Notes: generated from the letters alone by a model not told the origin. Counted from the first letter of the stretch, positions 46,856 through 58,005 are shown. The stretch: DNA of 64,000 nt from an uncultured Acutalibacter sp. (GCA_964525985.1 CAZGLW010000002.1:3281-67280); one strand, 5' to 3'. Translations and numbers: made by a program.

Positions 46856-48156
46856 AATATCCTCTCTACGATCAACGGGCCCATTTCCAGCTCCTTTTCA
46901 CCCACTGTGAGGGCGGAAAGGAGCCTTTCTTCTCCCCTCCGCAGCCTGCTTTCGTCTCCTGCGTAAAGGCGGGCGATGGGTTCGCCCTTTTCCGCCCGGT
47001 CCCCTTTATTTTTCAGCAGGACGATACCCGCGCCGGGATCGATAGGGCTTTCCTTTGTTTCCCGGCCCGCTCCCAGTTCCACGGCGGCCAGACCGCAGCC
47101 TTCTGCGTCCAGCCCGGTGATGAACCCGGTTTCCGGCATGACCGCGTCCCGGCACAGGGGAGAACGGGGCAGCTTTTTCGTATCCAGCAGACAGGAAGCG
47201 TCGCCACCCTGGGCCTCAACGGTCCGGCAAAGCTGCCGGAAAGCTTTGCCGCTGGAAATTGCTTCTTTTGCCATTTCTCCGGCCCGCTCCACGGTTTCCG
47301 CCAGCCCGGCCAGGTACACCATATCAGCGGCAAGCTCCAGGCAAAGGGCTGTCAACCGCCTGTCGCCGTTTCCACGCAGGACGGACACGGCTTCGCTTAC
47401 TTCTAAAGCGTTTCCCACGCACCTGCCCAGAGGCATGTCCATGTCCGTCAGCAGGGCCACGGTTTTACGGCCTACGGTTTTGCCGATGCTAACCATCTCC
47501 AGAGCCAGGCGTCGGGAATCCTCTAATGTTTTCATAAATGCCCCGGAACCCAGCTTTACATCCAGCAAAATGGCGTCGGCTCCGGCGGCTATTTTTTTCG
47601 ACATCACACTGGACGCGATCAAGGGAACGCTCTCCACCGTAGCGGTCACATCCCGCAAGGCGTACAGCTTTTTGTCGGCCGGGCACAGATTCCCCGACTG
47701 CCCGATCAGCGCCATACCGGTGTCCCGCACTACCCGAAGGAATTCTCCCCTGGGCAAATCTGTGCGGTAGCCCGGGATGCTTTCCAGTTTGTCTACGGTG
47801 CCGCCGGTGTGGCCCAGGCCCCGTCCGCTCATTTTGGCAATCTTCACACCGCAGGCAGCGGCAATTGGCGCGCAGATCAGCGTGGTCTTGTCCCCCACGC
47901 CGCCGGTAGAGTGCTTATCTACCTTTACTCCGGAAACGGAGGACAGGTCCACCTGGTCCCCTGAGGCCGCCATTTCCAGCGTGAGAGCGGCGGTCTCCTC
48001 CCGAGTCATTCCCCGGAAGAAAATGGCCATCAGCAGGGCGGACGCCTGATAGTCGGGAATGTCCCCCCTGGTAAAGCCCCTGACAAAGAAAGCTATTTCC
48101 TCCTTTGTAAGTCTACCTCCATCACGTTTTTTATGGATGATATCATATACGCGCAC
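46852..48156 (-). CDS. pdp: Pyrimidine-nucleoside phosphorylase
   Basis: DKHSTGGVGDK, KMSGRGLGHTGGT. Confidence 0.96.
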   Translation of the reverse strand: MRVYDIIHKKRDGGRLTKEEIAFFVRGFTRGDIPDYQASALLMAIFFRGMTREETAALTLEMAASGDQVDLSSVSGVKVDKHSTGGVGDKTTLICAPIAAACGVKIAKMSGRGLGHTGGTVDKLESIPGYRTDLPRGEFLRVVRDTGMALIGQSGNLCPADKKLYALRDVTATVESVPLIASSVMSKKIAAGADAILLDVKLGSGAFMKTLEDSRRLALEMVSIGKTVGRKTVALLTDMDMPLGRCVGNALEVSEAVSVLRGNGDRRLTALCLELAADMVYLAGLAETVERAGEMAKEAISSGKAFRQLCRTVEAQGGDASCLLDTKKLPRSPLCRDAVMPETGFITGLDAEGCGLAAVELGAGRETKESPIDPGAGIVLLKNKGDRAEKGEPIARLYAGDESRLRRGEERLLSALTVGEKELEMGPLIVERIF

Positions 48157-48177
48157 AGCCCGCGCCTCCTTTACGCT

Positions 48178-48453
48178 TCAGGCCTTTTCCCGTTCCGGGT
48201 TGTCCGGCCCGAAGGAAACCGGCAAAAGCTCACCTAAGGTGTGGACCTCCAGGTTTTCGCCGTCTGTCAAAACGATCTCAAAGTCGTCCCGGCAGAATTC
48301 CTTCATTACCTGGCGGCACACCCCGCAGGGAGAACAGAAAAACTACGGCGGCTTTCCCGCCGTGCCTTCGGCTACGGCAATGGCGGTAAACTCCCGTTCT
48401 CCCTCGCTGACTGCCTTGAAGATAGCGGTGCGTTCGGCGCAGTTCCCCGGGGA
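48178..48453 (-). pseudogene. cdd: Cytidine deaminase remnant
   Basis: SPGNCAERTAIFKAVSEG...KPP*FFCSPCGVCRQVMKEF...LLPVSF; in-frame TAG at 48343-48345; N-terminus missing. Confidence 0.85.
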
Positions 48454-48476
48454 ACTGGATAAGTCCTCCAAAAAAA

Positions 48477-49421
48477 TCAAGCCGTCCCGGCCAGGATGAT
48501 CTGTCCCAGTTCCTGCCGGGTGGGCAGACCCTCGTTATCGCTTTTATGGGCCACCTGAACAGCCCCCATCACATTGCCCCGGAAAGCCGCCTGCTCCAGG
48601 GTCTCACCTTCGGCCAAAGCGCTGATTACGCCGGCAGCAAAGCCATCTCCGGCCCCCACGGTATCCACCCGCCTTTTTACAGGGAACGCAGGGGAAAAGC
48701 CGGATTTTCCCCCGTTTTCAGAAAAGTAAGCCCCATCCTTGCCCAGCTTAACCACCACGTTTTTCACTCCCGCGGCATGGTAGTACCCCGCGATGCCCTG
48801 TGGAGTGGTCTCTCCGGTCAAAATCGTGCCCTCCTGGAGCCCCGGCAGTACGGTCTCAGCGCTTTGGGCCAGAGAATTCAGGGCAGCGACCATCTTTTTT
48901 TCGCTTTCCCACAGTTGGGGCCGCAGATTGGGGTCAAAGGAAATGGGAAGTTCCAGGGCCCGGGCGCGGGAGATCAGCCTTTTAGTGGCGGACAGGGCGC
49001 TGTCGGAAACAGCCGGGAAAACGCCCGTTACATGGAGCCGCTCACAGCCGTACAGGTCCAGCCGGTCGATATCATGGGTGCAAAGCCGGGAGGCCGCCGA
49101 ATGCTTCCGGTAATAGGCAATTTCCGGGTCGCCGTCCGGTTGGAAGCCCTTGAGCATAAAACCGGTAAGTTCCCCCTCAACCTGCGTGACCAGCCCGGTA
49201 GAAATGGCGTTTTTCCGCAGACCGTCTAAAATTCTTTCCCCCATAGGGTCGAAGCCCAGGCGGGTACAGAAAGCAGGTTCATGTCCAAGTCTGGCAAGCC
49301 CTACCGCAACATTATACTCCGCTCCGGCAATAGAGGCAGTAAAAGTCTTCGCGGCGCTCAAGGGTCCGGGCTCATTTGCCATAAAAAGCCCCATAGCTTC
49401 GCCTAACAGTACGATTTTCAT
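48477..49421 (-). CDS. PfkB family sugar kinase (KDG kinase-like)
   Basis: AGAEYNVAVGLARLG, FDPNLRP, DTVGAGDGF. Confidence 0.93.
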   Translation of the reverse strand: MKIVLLGEAMGLFMANEPGPLSAAKTFTASIAGAEYNVAVGLARLGHEPAFCTRLGFDPMGERILDGLRKNAISTGLVTQVEGELTGFMLKGFQPDGDPEIAYYRKHSAASRLCTHDIDRLDLYGCERLHVTGVFPAVSDSALSATKRLISRARALELPISFDPNLRPQLWESEKKMVAALNSLAQSAETVLPGLQEGTILTGETTPQGIAGYYHAAGVKNVVVKLGKDGAYFSENGGKSGFSPAFPVKRRVDTVGAGDGFAAGVISALAEGETLEQAAFRGNVMGAVQVAHKSDNEGLPTRQELGQIILAGTA

Positions 49422-49451
49422 ACTTTTTCTCCTTCATAAGCGGCAGGGGGA

Positions 49452-50411
49452 TTATACTGTTGTTTTTACCATCTCACAGGGGCCGCTGACGGTCACTTCC
49501 CCAGTTCCGGCTGGAATAAAAAGACTGTCCCCGGGGTTGAAAGCCACTGCGTTTTCAGCACCCGACACCGTGCCTGAACCCTTGATGACGACCAGAGAAG
49601 CGAAAGATGCATCCCCAACGGGCAGCGTCATTTTGTTTTCCACAATCAACCGTTCCGCAGAAAAATACTTGCAGGCGGCAAGCTTTTTAACGGTCCCGCC
49701 AGGCACCTCCCGGGCCGCCTCCTGTTTGTCCGCAGTGTCCGAAGGCGTAAATTTGGAAACCTCCAGGGCCTTCTCCACATGGAGATCCCGGGGTTTGCCG
49801 TCGGCCCCCCGCCGGTCGTAGTCGTACACCCGGTAGGTACAGTTGGAATTCTGCTGGATCTCACAGATCAAAATGCCCGCACCGATGGCGTGGATGGTGC
49901 CGCTTTCAATAAAAAATACATCGCCGGGGTGGACGTCTACCCTGTTTAAAACTTCCAGCACCGTGTTATTTTCAACGCGGCGCTTGAACTCTTCCCTGGT
50001 CACTTCCCTGTTCACGCCGAAATACAGAAACGCTCCAGGCTCGCAGTCCATGACGTACCACATCTCTGTTTTGCCGTACTCATGCTCTACTCGCAGGGCG
50101 TACTCGTCGCTGGGATGCACCTGTATGGACAGGGGATCTTTGGCGTCGATAAATTTAATGAGTACGGGGAAATTTCCAAACTGCCGGCAGTCTGTCCCCA
50201 GCACGGCTTTCCCGGCCTTTTCAAAATACTCGCTCAGGGTCAGGCCGTCAAATTCTCCTCCGTCAATCATGCTTTGCCCGGCGGGATGGGTGGAAAGCTC
50301 CCAGCTTTCCGCCACCTTTTCAAAATCGCACTTTTTATGGTACACATCCCGCAGCCTAGTGCCGCCCCACAGGTAGTCCTTAAAGGCAGGTCTCAGTTTT
50401 TCGATCTTCAT
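49452..50411 (-). CDS. manA: Mannose-6-phosphate isomerase, type I
   Basis: WGG, AESWE, LSIQVHP, GKTEMW, HAIG..EIQQ. Confidence 0.95.
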   Translation of the reverse strand: MKIEKLRPAFKDYLWGGTRLRDVYHKKCDFEKVAESWELSTHPAGQSMIDGGEFDGLTLSEYFEKAGKAVLGTDCRQFGNFPVLIKFIDAKDPLSIQVHPSDEYALRVEHEYGKTEMWYVMDCEPGAFLYFGVNREVTREEFKRRVENNTVLEVLNRVDVHPGDVFFIESGTIHAIGAGILICEIQQNSNCTYRVYDYDRRGADGKPRDLHVEKALEVSKFTPSDTADKQEAAREVPGGTVKKLAACKYFSAERLIVENKMTLPVGDASFASLVVIKGSGTVSGAENAVAFNPGDSLFIPAGTGEVTVSGPCEMVKTTV

Positions 50412-50438
50412 CAAAATTCCTCCCAAATCAATGATTTA

Positions 50439-51809
50439 TTATTCCGCCAAAGCGTTTAATACTGCCGAAGCCACATTGCCCGCGGCCTCAATGCCGCCGG
50501 AGCCTTCCTCCACCAGTACGGCGAAAGCATAGGGGTACTGGCTGCTGTCACAAAAGCCCACCATCCAGCAGTTGGGACCCTGTTCCTTACCCACCTCGCC
50601 GGTTCCGGTTTTGGCGCACACGTTCATCCCCGTCGGGAACAGCCAATCGCCGTAATAATTTTCTACATTGCTCCGCAAAAGGGCTTTTAAATTGGCCGCT
50701 TCCGCGGCGGTGGTCAGTTCCCGCCCGCTGCCTTTTTTGAGACCGTCCAACAGGCTGCCGCTTTCTGTCAGGCGTGGTTCTACATACTCACCGCCGTTTG
50801 CCACCGCCCCCATCAAAACCATCATGTGGTAGGGGTTCGAAAGCACGGTGTACTGGCCTACCCCCGCCCAGCCGAGTTGGTTTTCGTTGCAGCCATCCAA
50901 TACGCATTCGCTTTCCGAAATGGGGATCGATCCAAAAGTGAGTTCCTCGTTAAAACCCATATCTTCAGCCTTCTGTTGCAGAGCGGCGGCGCCGATATCA
51001 CGGGCCAGCTGAGCGAAATACACGTTGCAGGAATTTCCCATAGCGGCAAAGATGTCCTGGGTCCCGTGAATTTCCCCGTGAAGACAGTCAATTGCCTCTC
51101 CGCCAATCTCCACTTCTCCCTGGCAGTCGTAAGTTCTGTCCGCCCAGGTATCGGGCCATTTTTCCATTGCAGCTGCGGCTGTGACGATTTTAAAAATACT
51201 GCCGGGAGTGAAGGATCCGGACAGAGCATTGTCAAGATAAGCCCCTTTATAGGCGTCGTTTGACTCGATATCCTCGGGTACCGCTATCGGGTCGTAGGTA
51301 GGGGCGCTGACTTTGCACAGAATATCTCCCGTTTTGTAATTGTAGGCAATAATGGCCCCATTCAAGCCGTTCATAGCGCTGTAGGCTGCGGCGCAGACAT
51401 TTGCGTCTACAGTCAGGTTCAGGTCTTTTCCCAAGCCTGAAAACACTGTGTTGTTTAATCCGGTAATCAGATTGTATCCGGAAAGGTGGCTGCTCATGGT
51501 GTGCTCTACGCTGGTGCTGATCATGCCGTCGGGATCGCCTACCGTATGGAGCAGAGCTTTCCGTACAGTCTCGCTGTCGTGGTAGGTCCTGCCGCCGCTT
51601 TCTCCAGAGGATGCCAAAACCACCCCGTTCCGGTCTTTTATGTCCCCAAGCTTTACGGTGGCGTCTTCAGCGTAAATATGACCGTTATAGGGCTGCATGG
51701 CCCATTGCCCCCCGTGCAGAACCAGATTGAAGGTCAAATATCCGCCGCCGCCTATTAAGACCAGCAGAAGAAGATACAGCACAAAAGAACGGAATCCCAC
51801 TGTTTTCAT
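50439..51809 (-). CDS. Class B penicillin-binding protein (PbpA-like)
   Basis: N-terminal TM; SIFK, SCN and KTGT motifs. Confidence 0.92.
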   Translation of the reverse strand: MKTVGFRSFVLYLLLLVLIGGGGYLTFNLVLHGGQWAMQPYNGHIYAEDATVKLGDIKDRNGVVLASSGESGGRTYHDSETVRKALLHTVGDPDGMISTSVEHTMSSHLSGYNLITGLNNTVFSGLGKDLNLTVDANVCAAAYSAMNGLNGAIIAYNYKTGDILCKVSAPTYDPIAVPEDIESNDAYKGAYLDNALSGSFTPGSIFKIVTAAAAMEKWPDTWADRTYDCQGEVEIGGEAIDCLHGEIHGTQDIFAAMGNSCNVYFAQLARDIGAAALQQKAEDMGFNEELTFGSIPISESECVLDGCNENQLGWAGVGQYTVLSNPYHMMVLMGAVANGGEYVEPRLTESGSLLDGLKKGSGRELTTAAEAANLKALLRSNVENYYGDWLFPTGMNVCAKTGTGEVGKEQGPNCWMVGFCDSSQYPYAFAVLVEEGSGGIEAAGNVASAVLNALAE

Positions 51810-53569
51810 GAGTAGATGTCCTCCATTCTATCGTTTCGGGTTGCAGCATTCCTGCCAGCCGGGGGCGAAGCTTTATTCCCGTGCTTTGAAGCGCGGCGCG
51901 CGGCGTAGGTCCGTTCGTCCGACGCCTTCAGGAAAGCCATCAGCCCCCACACGGCCATCATACTTGAACCGCCGGCGCTGATAAAGGGCAAAGTCACCCC
52001 GGTAAAAGGCAAGATGTCAGTGGGCCCAAAAACATTCAGGCAGGTCTGAAACACCAGCATACCCGCCGCCGCGCATGAGGCAATGGAGAAAAAGGTGGAC
52101 CGGCTCCTCGTCACGTCGCTTCTGGCATAAAGGATAAAAAGTCCCAGAGCGAACAGAACAACAAAGCCGAACAGAAGCCCCTGCTCCTCGCAGAGCATGC
52201 CAAACACCAGGTCGCTGTCCGCGGCGAACATGCCTGAAAGGTACCCTTGCCCCAGCCCCATGCCGAACAGGCCGCCGCTGGCAATGTAAGTGAGGGTGCG
52301 GGTCTGCTGAAAGCCCGAGTCATAAGCATCCTCCCATACATGTCCCCATACTGAAAACCTGGCTATGACGTGGGGCTTAAACTTCAATATCAGGAACACG
52401 CACAGTGCCGCTCCCGCCAGCACCAAAGCAATGGTGCGCACACTGCCGGAACGCATAAAGGCGATGATCAGGAAGGCGGCGAAAAAGATAAGCGCCGTAC
52501 CAAAGTCGTTCATAAGGGCAAGGCATCCCATGCAGGCCCCGGTAAAAATCAGGAATTCGGTGATATTCTTTTTTGTTTGCAGCCGATCAAGAGTAGAGGT
52601 GCCCACAAAAATGAAAGCGATTTTCACAATCTCCGAGGGCTGCACGCTGAACGACCCTAAAGTGATCCAGCTTTTCGAGCCGTACTTGTCGGTGCCGATC
52701 ACCAGGGTCAGGGCCAAAAGACCCAGGGCCCCTATACCGATCCACAAACGAAACTTCGCCACCCGGTCCATGTCGTTCATGAACCAGATTAAAAAACAGA
52801 ACAGGAAAATACCTATGAGCATGGCAATAAGATGCGTCTTTGCCGCGTCCATATTTTCCGCCGCCAGCAGGTTCACACCTACACCGGACAGCAGATAGGC
52901 CACTGTTTCAATTTCAAAGCTGACGTGCCGTTGTATTTTCATGGAAAAAATGTACAGCCCCCAACCCATGACAAGAACTGCCAAAAAGGGGATGAACTGC
53001 ACGGGGGCAAACCCGCCGTTGGCAAAACAGCTTTGCACCGCCATTAACAAGTGGACCAGCGAAGCCGTAAACATCAGTTTAAAGGGGGAAGCCGCCTCTT
53101 TGGAAAAACCGGTGAACACCCGGCGCTTTTTTACAGGGGCTGCGTCGGCGTTCCACAGGGAAAGAGTGGTAGAGCCCATTGTAATTTTATCACCAATGTT
53201 CACCAACTTTTTCCCGTCCGCTTTTACGCCGTTTACAAATACGCCGGATTTCGAACCGGTGTCGCAGATGACCCAGCCCTCGTCCCGGCGCATCAAAACA
53301 GCGTGGTCCCGTGAAACGGCGGCGTCGGGCAGATAAATGTCGCAGCTTTTGCTTCGGCCAATGGAGTTTTCCCAGTACAGGACCGGAAAACGGGCGCCGG
53401 AGGCCTCGTCCCATAACAACACCACAGGGTCCTTTCGGCGCTGGCCCTTTTTAAACGACGTATAGCTGCGCCATACCACATACAGAGCCAAAACAGGAGT
53501 GACCACCCGCAAAATCAACAAAACAGCGGGCAGCAATCCCGACTGGATAAAGTTCATTACGGCTTCCAT
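51806..53569 (-). CDS. FHA domain-FtsW/RodA/SpoVE (SEDS) fusion
   Basis: FHA IGRSKSCDI..VSRDHA..SKSGVFVNG; SEDS QPSEIVK, DFGT, TGVTLPFISAGGSS. Confidence 0.92.
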   Translation of the reverse strand: MEAVMNFIQSGLLPAVLLILRVVTPVLALYVVWRSYTSFKKGQRRKDPVVLLWDEASGARFPVLYWENSIGRSKSCDIYLPDAAVSRDHAVLMRRDEGWVICDTGSKSGVFVNGVKADGKKLVNIGDKITMGSTTLSLWNADAAPVKKRRVFTGFSKEAASPFKLMFTASLVHLLMAVQSCFANGGFAPVQFIPFLAVLVMGWGLYIFSMKIQRHVSFEIETVAYLLSGVGVNLLAAENMDAAKTHLIAMLIGIFLFCFLIWFMNDMDRVAKFRLWIGIGALGLLALTLVIGTDKYGSKSWITLGSFSVQPSEIVKIAFIFVGTSTLDRLQTKKNITEFLIFTGACMGCLALMNDFGTALIFFAAFLIIAFMRSGSVRTIALVLAGAALCVFLILKFKPHVIARFSVWGHVWEDAYDSGFQQTRTLTYIASGGLFGMGLGQGYLSGMFAADSDLVFGMLCEEQGLLFGFVVLFALGLFILYARSDVTRSRSTFFSIASCAAAGMLVFQTCLNVFGPTDILPFTGVTLPFISAGGSSMMAVWGLMAFLKASDERTYAARRASKHGNKASPPAGRNAATRNDRMEDIYS

Positions 53570-53588
53570 TCCATTCCCCTGCCTCCTG

Positions 53589-54260
53589 TCATGCCCTTAT
53601 GGCGGCCAGCACGCCTCCGGTTTTCAAAATGTGTCCGGCGGGAACGAACCCCCTGACTGCGGAAAGGGGATACACGCGAGAGCCTTTACCCACCACCGTG
53701 CCGGGATTTAGGACGGAGTTACATCCCACTTCCACATTGTCTCCCAGCATGGCGCCGAACTTTTTCAGCCCCGTCTCTATTATTTCTTCTCCTGCCCGAA
53801 CGGTAACGGGGGTCTTGTCCTGCTTAACATTAGAAGTGATTCCCCCCGCCCCGATATGGGACCTATAGCCCAAAATAGAATCGCCCACATAGTTATAGTG
53901 GGGCACTTGGACATTGTCAAAAAGGATGACGTTTTTCAGTTCGGTAGAATTGCCCACCACGCAGTTGGCCCCGACCAGGGCTTTGCCCCGGATAAAAGCG
54001 CCGGGCCGCACCTCGGTTCCTGGCCCGATGATACAGGGGCCGGCGATATAATTGTTGGGGTAGATCTTCGCGGTTCTGTGGATCCATACGTCCTCTCCGC
54101 GCTTTTCGTATTCGCTTTCCGGCAGGACCTTCCCCAATTTCAGGATGAACCCGCCTATTTCAGGCAGGGCCTCCCAGGGGTACCGGGTGCCTTCCAGCAG
54201 GGGCTTTGCCGCCGTGTGTTCCAAATCGTACAGGGCTTTTGTACAAAGCTGTTCCTTCAC
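53589..54260 (-). CDS. Stand-alone hexapeptide-repeat protein resembling the GlmU acetyltransferase domain
   Basis: YPWE, VRPGAFIRG, GNSTELKN, PHYNYVGDSILG, KFGAMLGD; GTG start. Confidence 0.85.
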   Translation of the reverse strand: MKEQLCTKALYDLEHTAAKPLLEGTRYPWEALPEIGGFILKLGKVLPESEYEKRGEDVWIHRTAKIYPNNYIAGPCIIGPGTEVRPGAFIRGKALVGANCVVGNSTELKNVILFDNVQVPHYNYVGDSILGYRSHIGAGGITSNVKQDKTPVTVRAGEEIIETGLKKFGAMLGDNVEVGCNSVLNPGTVVGKGSRVYPLSAVRGFVPAGHILKTGGVLAAIRA

Positions 54261-54309
54261 AAGATCATCCCTTTCTAAAGCAGTAGGCGGATCAAAGTCC
54301 GCCTGTCTC

Positions 54310-55056
54310 CTATTCGGAAAAGCGCACCACTGTCTTGTCAATAGCGTCAATCTGGTTCAAATCCACCTGCAATTCCCCCTGGTCCGTCTGCCGGATGTCA
54401 AGAGGAAGACTGCGGGTTTCCTGATCGTAAGAAATATTGGCAAGTTCCCGCTTACAGAAATCCAGCACCTTGTCAATGAACAGGGTGTTGGCGTCTATCG
54501 TTTCGCCGCCGGGAGCCGCCGCGGAAGAAACTTCGGGAGATTCTTCTCCCTCCGTGGAGTTTTCCAGTCCAGACGCTTCAGACTGGGAATTGTTGGCGGC
54601 TGTGGCCTCCTGCCGGGCTTCTTCCTTTAGTTCCTCAATCTCAGTTCCGCATTCCGCAAAGTTTGTGATGGAGGCGACCTCCACCTCCAAATAATACCCT
54701 GTATCGGTTTTCCGCTCATCCTTTACCGTGTACTTGGTCAGAGAAAAAGCCTGCGTCATAATTATCTGCAGTTCCGCAAGCTGTTCATCGGAAGGGGAAA
54801 GGCCATAGGTGTTGCAGAAGGTCACCGCTGCGTTTTCCACAGTAGTGGTATTGTATTCCAGTGCCTGCTCCTCAGTGATGGCGGCAATAGCCATCAGGTC
54901 TTCATTTTCCCCGTGATAGCTGCTGTCCAGCAAGGCCTGGATATAACCGGAAACGTCATAATCCGCAAACCCCGGAGAGGGAATAGTGCAGGCGGAAAGG
55001 ACAGCCGCCAGCAGGCAGCCCGAAACAAGTACCAAACATCTTTTCAAAACACTCAT
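54310..55056 (-). CDS. Lipoprotein, unknown function
   Basis: Lipobox LSAC; acidic. Confidence 0.7.
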   Translation of the reverse strand: MSVLKRCLVLVSGCLLAAVLSACTIPSPGFADYDVSGYIQALLDSSYHGENEDLMAIAAITEEQALEYNTTTVENAAVTFCNTYGLSPSDEQLAELQIIMTQAFSLTKYTVKDERKTDTGYYLEVEVASITNFAECGTEIEELKEEARQEATAANNSQSEASGLENSTEGEESPEVSSAAAPGGETIDANTLFIDKVLDFCKRELANISYDQETRSLPLDIRQTDQGELQVDLNQIDAIDKTVVRFSE

Positions 55057-55069
55057 GGAGAACCGCTCC

Positions 55070-57820
55070 TCATTCGTTTCTGCCGCAGCATTTCTTGTAC
55101 TTTAACCCGCTGCCGCAGGGGCACGGATCATTTCTTCCCGGTTTCTTCTGTTTTCGTACAGGCGCCTTTTTCACCGTGCCGTCCCCGGCGGTGCCGGCGC
55201 TGGTCTCTTTGGCCACCTGCTCCCGCTTGGGCGCCTCAGGGGTGCGCAGGCGCACGGTAAGGATCATCTTCGCGGTGTTTTCCCGGATGGCGGCGATCAT
55301 GGCGTCGAACATGTCAAAGCCCTCCAGGCGGTACTCCACTACCGGGTCCTGCTGGGCGTAAGCCCGCAGACGGATACCGTCCTGCAGCTGTTCCATAGCG
55401 TCGATGTGGTCCATCCACTCCTGGTCCACGTTCCGCAGCAGCACTACCCGTTCCACTTCCCGCATGATGGGAGAGGTAAATTCCTCCTCCCGCTTTTCAT
55501 ACAGGGCGGCGGCTTTTTTCTTCAGTTCTTCCGCGGCAAACCCGGGCTCCAGTTCCTCGATTTCCGCCTTAGAGAATTTTAAGTCGTCCGGCCCGATGAG
55601 CCAGCCCAGGTAATGTTCCCGCAGGCCGTTCAGGTCCCAATCGTCGTGGGGCACGTTTTCGGGAAGGAAAGTCTGTACATTGTGATCGATGGATTCCTCC
55701 ACCATCTTCATGATGGAACCCTTCATATTTTCACCGTTTAAGACCTGGTCCCGCTGACCGTAGATGATCTGCCGCTGGCTGTTCATCACTTCGTCGTACT
55801 GCAGGACATTCTTCCGAATACCGAAATTCCGTCCCTCTACTTTCCGCTGGGCGCTTTCGATAGAGTTCGAAACCATACCTGCCTCAATGGGCACATCGTC
55901 CTCAATCCTGAGCCGGTCCATCATGGCGCCGATCCGTTCGCCGCCGAACAGCCGCATCAGATCGTCCTCCAGAGAAATGTAGAACCGGCTCTTACCCGGG
56001 TCGCCCTGACGGCCGGAACGGCCCCGCAGCTGGTTGTCGATCCGGCGGGACTCGTGGCGCTCTGTGCCGATAATGTACAGGCCTCCCAGACGTTTTACCT
56101 CTTCCGCTTCCGGGGCGATCTCGTCCTTGTACTTTTTATTCAGTTCGGCAAATGTCCTGCGGGCATTTAAAATTTCTTCATCCTCGGTGTGGCTGTAAGC
56201 GGTGGATTCCACCAGTTGTTCTTCAGTAAAACCCATTTTTCGCATTTCGGCCTTAGCCATAAACTCGGCGTTGCCGCCCAGAGAAATATCGGTGCCCCTG
56301 CCCGCCATGTTGGTGGCAATGGTCACAGCGCCCCTGCGCCCGGCCTGGGCCACGATCTGCGCTTCTTTTTCGTGGTATTTTGCGTTTAACACCTCGTGTT
56401 TTACGCCCCGCTGCTTTAAAAGCCTGCTCAGCCGCTCCGATTTTTCCACGGTGACAGTGCCCACCAGCACAGGCTGCCCCTTCCGGTGGTGCTCCACAAT
56501 GTCCTCTATCACGGCGTTAAACTTGGCCTGCTCGGTCTTATATACCACATCGGGGCAGTCCTCCCGGATAACTGGCCGATTGGTGGGAATTTCCACCACG
56601 TCCAATCTATAGATTTCAGAAAACTCCTGCTCTTCCGTCATGGCCGTGCCGGTCATGCCGGAAAGCTTTTGATACAGGCGGAAGTAGTTCTGGAAGGTTA
56701 TGGTCGCCAGGGTCTTGGATTCCCGGGCCACCTCTACGCCTTCTTTTGCCTCTATGGCCTGGTGCAGGCCCTCGTTGTACCGGCGGCCGTACATCAGGCG
56801 GCCGGTAAACTCGTCCACAATGATGACCTCACCATCTTTCACCACATAGTCCTGGTCGCGGTGCATAATGCCCCAGGCCCGGATGGCCTGGTTGACATGG
56901 TGCTGAATGCGGATATTGTCCGGGTCCGTCAGGTTCTCAATATTGAAATATTCCTCGGCCTTTTTCACCCCCCGGCGGGTAAGGGAGCAGGTCTTCAGCT
57001 TTTCATTGACTACGTAATCATAGTCTTTAAACAGCTCGTCGTTGTCCTCTTTCTCGTCAGTCTCCTTCACCTTGATGAATTTCAAACCCCTGGCGAAGGC
57101 GTTGGCCCGCTGGTACAGGTCGTCGGCCTTATCGCCCTGTCCGGAAATGATCAACGGCGTTCTGGCCTCGTCTATCAAAATGGAGTCCACCTCGTCCACA
57201 ATTGCATAATGGTGGCCCCGCTGGACCTTGTTTTCCTTGTAAATAACCATGTTGTCCCGCAGGTAGTCGAAGCCCATCTCGTTGTTGGTGCCGTAGGTGA
57301 TATCGCAGGCGTAGGCCTTCTTCTTTTCCTCAGAGGTCATTCCGGTGAGGGCCAGGCCTACGGTAAGCCCCATAAAGTTAAAGACCCGGGCCATCATCTC
57401 GCCCTGGTACTTCGCCAGGTATTCGTTGACCGTCACCACATGGACGCCCTCACCGGAAAGGGCGTTTAAATAGGCAGGCAGTGCCAAAACAAAGGTTTTG
57501 CCTTCACCGGTCTTCATTTCCGCGATGCGGCCCTGGTGCAGAATCACGCCCCCCTGTACCTGTACTGGGAAAAGCCGGATGGAGAGAACCCTGGTCATGG
57601 CCTCCCGGCAGGCGGCAAATGTTTCGGGCAGAATGTCGTCTAAAGTCTCACCGTTTTGCAGGCGGCCCTTCAAAATGCCGGTCTGAGCTTTCAGTTCTTC
57701 ATCGCTTAAAGCTTTGTATTCGTCCTCCATCCCCAGGACCTTGTCCACAAGGGGCTGGATGCGTTTCAGTTCCCGTTTGCTGTAGTTCCCAAACAGTTTC
57801 GTTAAAATATTGTTTGCCAT
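55070..57820 (-). CDS. secA: Preprotein translocase SecA
   Basis: [57 protein letters not shown]. Confidence 0.99.
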   Translation of the reverse strand: MANNILTKLFGNYSKRELKRIQPLVDKVLGMEDEYKALSDEELKAQTGILKGRLQNGETLDDILPETFAACREAMTRVLSIRLFPVQVQGGVILHQGRIAEMKTGEGKTFVLALPAYLNALSGEGVHVVTVNEYLAKYQGEMMARVFNFMGLTVGLALTGMTSEEKKKAYACDITYGTNNEMGFDYLRDNMVIYKENKVQRGHHYAIVDEVDSILIDEARTPLIISGQGDKADDLYQRANAFARGLKFIKVKETDEKEDNDELFKDYDYVVNEKLKTCSLTRRGVKKAEEYFNIENLTDPDNIRIQHHVNQAIRAWGIMHRDQDYVVKDGEVIIVDEFTGRLMYGRRYNEGLHQAIEAKEGVEVARESKTLATITFQNYFRLYQKLSGMTGTAMTEEQEFSEIYRLDVVEIPTNRPVIREDCPDVVYKTEQAKFNAVIEDIVEHHRKGQPVLVGTVTVEKSERLSRLLKQRGVKHEVLNAKYHEKEAQIVAQAGRRGAVTIATNMAGRGTDISLGGNAEFMAKAEMRKMGFTEEQLVESTAYSHTEDEEILNARRTFAELNKKYKDEIAPEAEEVKRLGGLYIIGTERHESRRIDNQLRGRSGRQGDPGKSRFYISLEDDLMRLFGGERIGAMMDRLRIEDDVPIEAGMVSNSIESAQRKVEGRNFGIRKNVLQYDEVMNSQRQIIYGQRDQVLNGENMKGSIMKMVEESIDHNVQTFLPENVPHDDWDLNGLREHYLGWLIGPDDLKFSKAEIEELEPGFAAEELKKKAAALYEKREEEFTSPIMREVERVVLLRNVDQEWMDHIDAMEQLQDGIRLRAYAQQDPVVEYRLEGFDMFDAMIAAIRENTAKMILTVRLRTPEAPKREQVAKETSAGTAGDGTVKKAPVRKQKKPGRNDPCPCGSGLKYKKCCGRNE

Positions 57821-58005
57821 AAAAGCACATCATGCCTTTCGTCAAATGTTGCGCCGGGCGCCGCCCGGAGAATGAGTACAGTTTATTATAACATGACGCT
57901 CCCGCTGATTGCAAGGAAAGCCACAGTTTATTTACAAAATCCTGTAGGCGTTGAAAGGATCATCGGCGAACCGGCAGGTCAGGACCGATTGCTGCGGCAT
58001 CTGGC

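Noticed and set aside
48343-48345. In-frame TAG in cdd as pyrrolysine or readthrough
   Set aside because: The gene also lacks its N-terminus and no pyl genes are in the window; decay is simpler.
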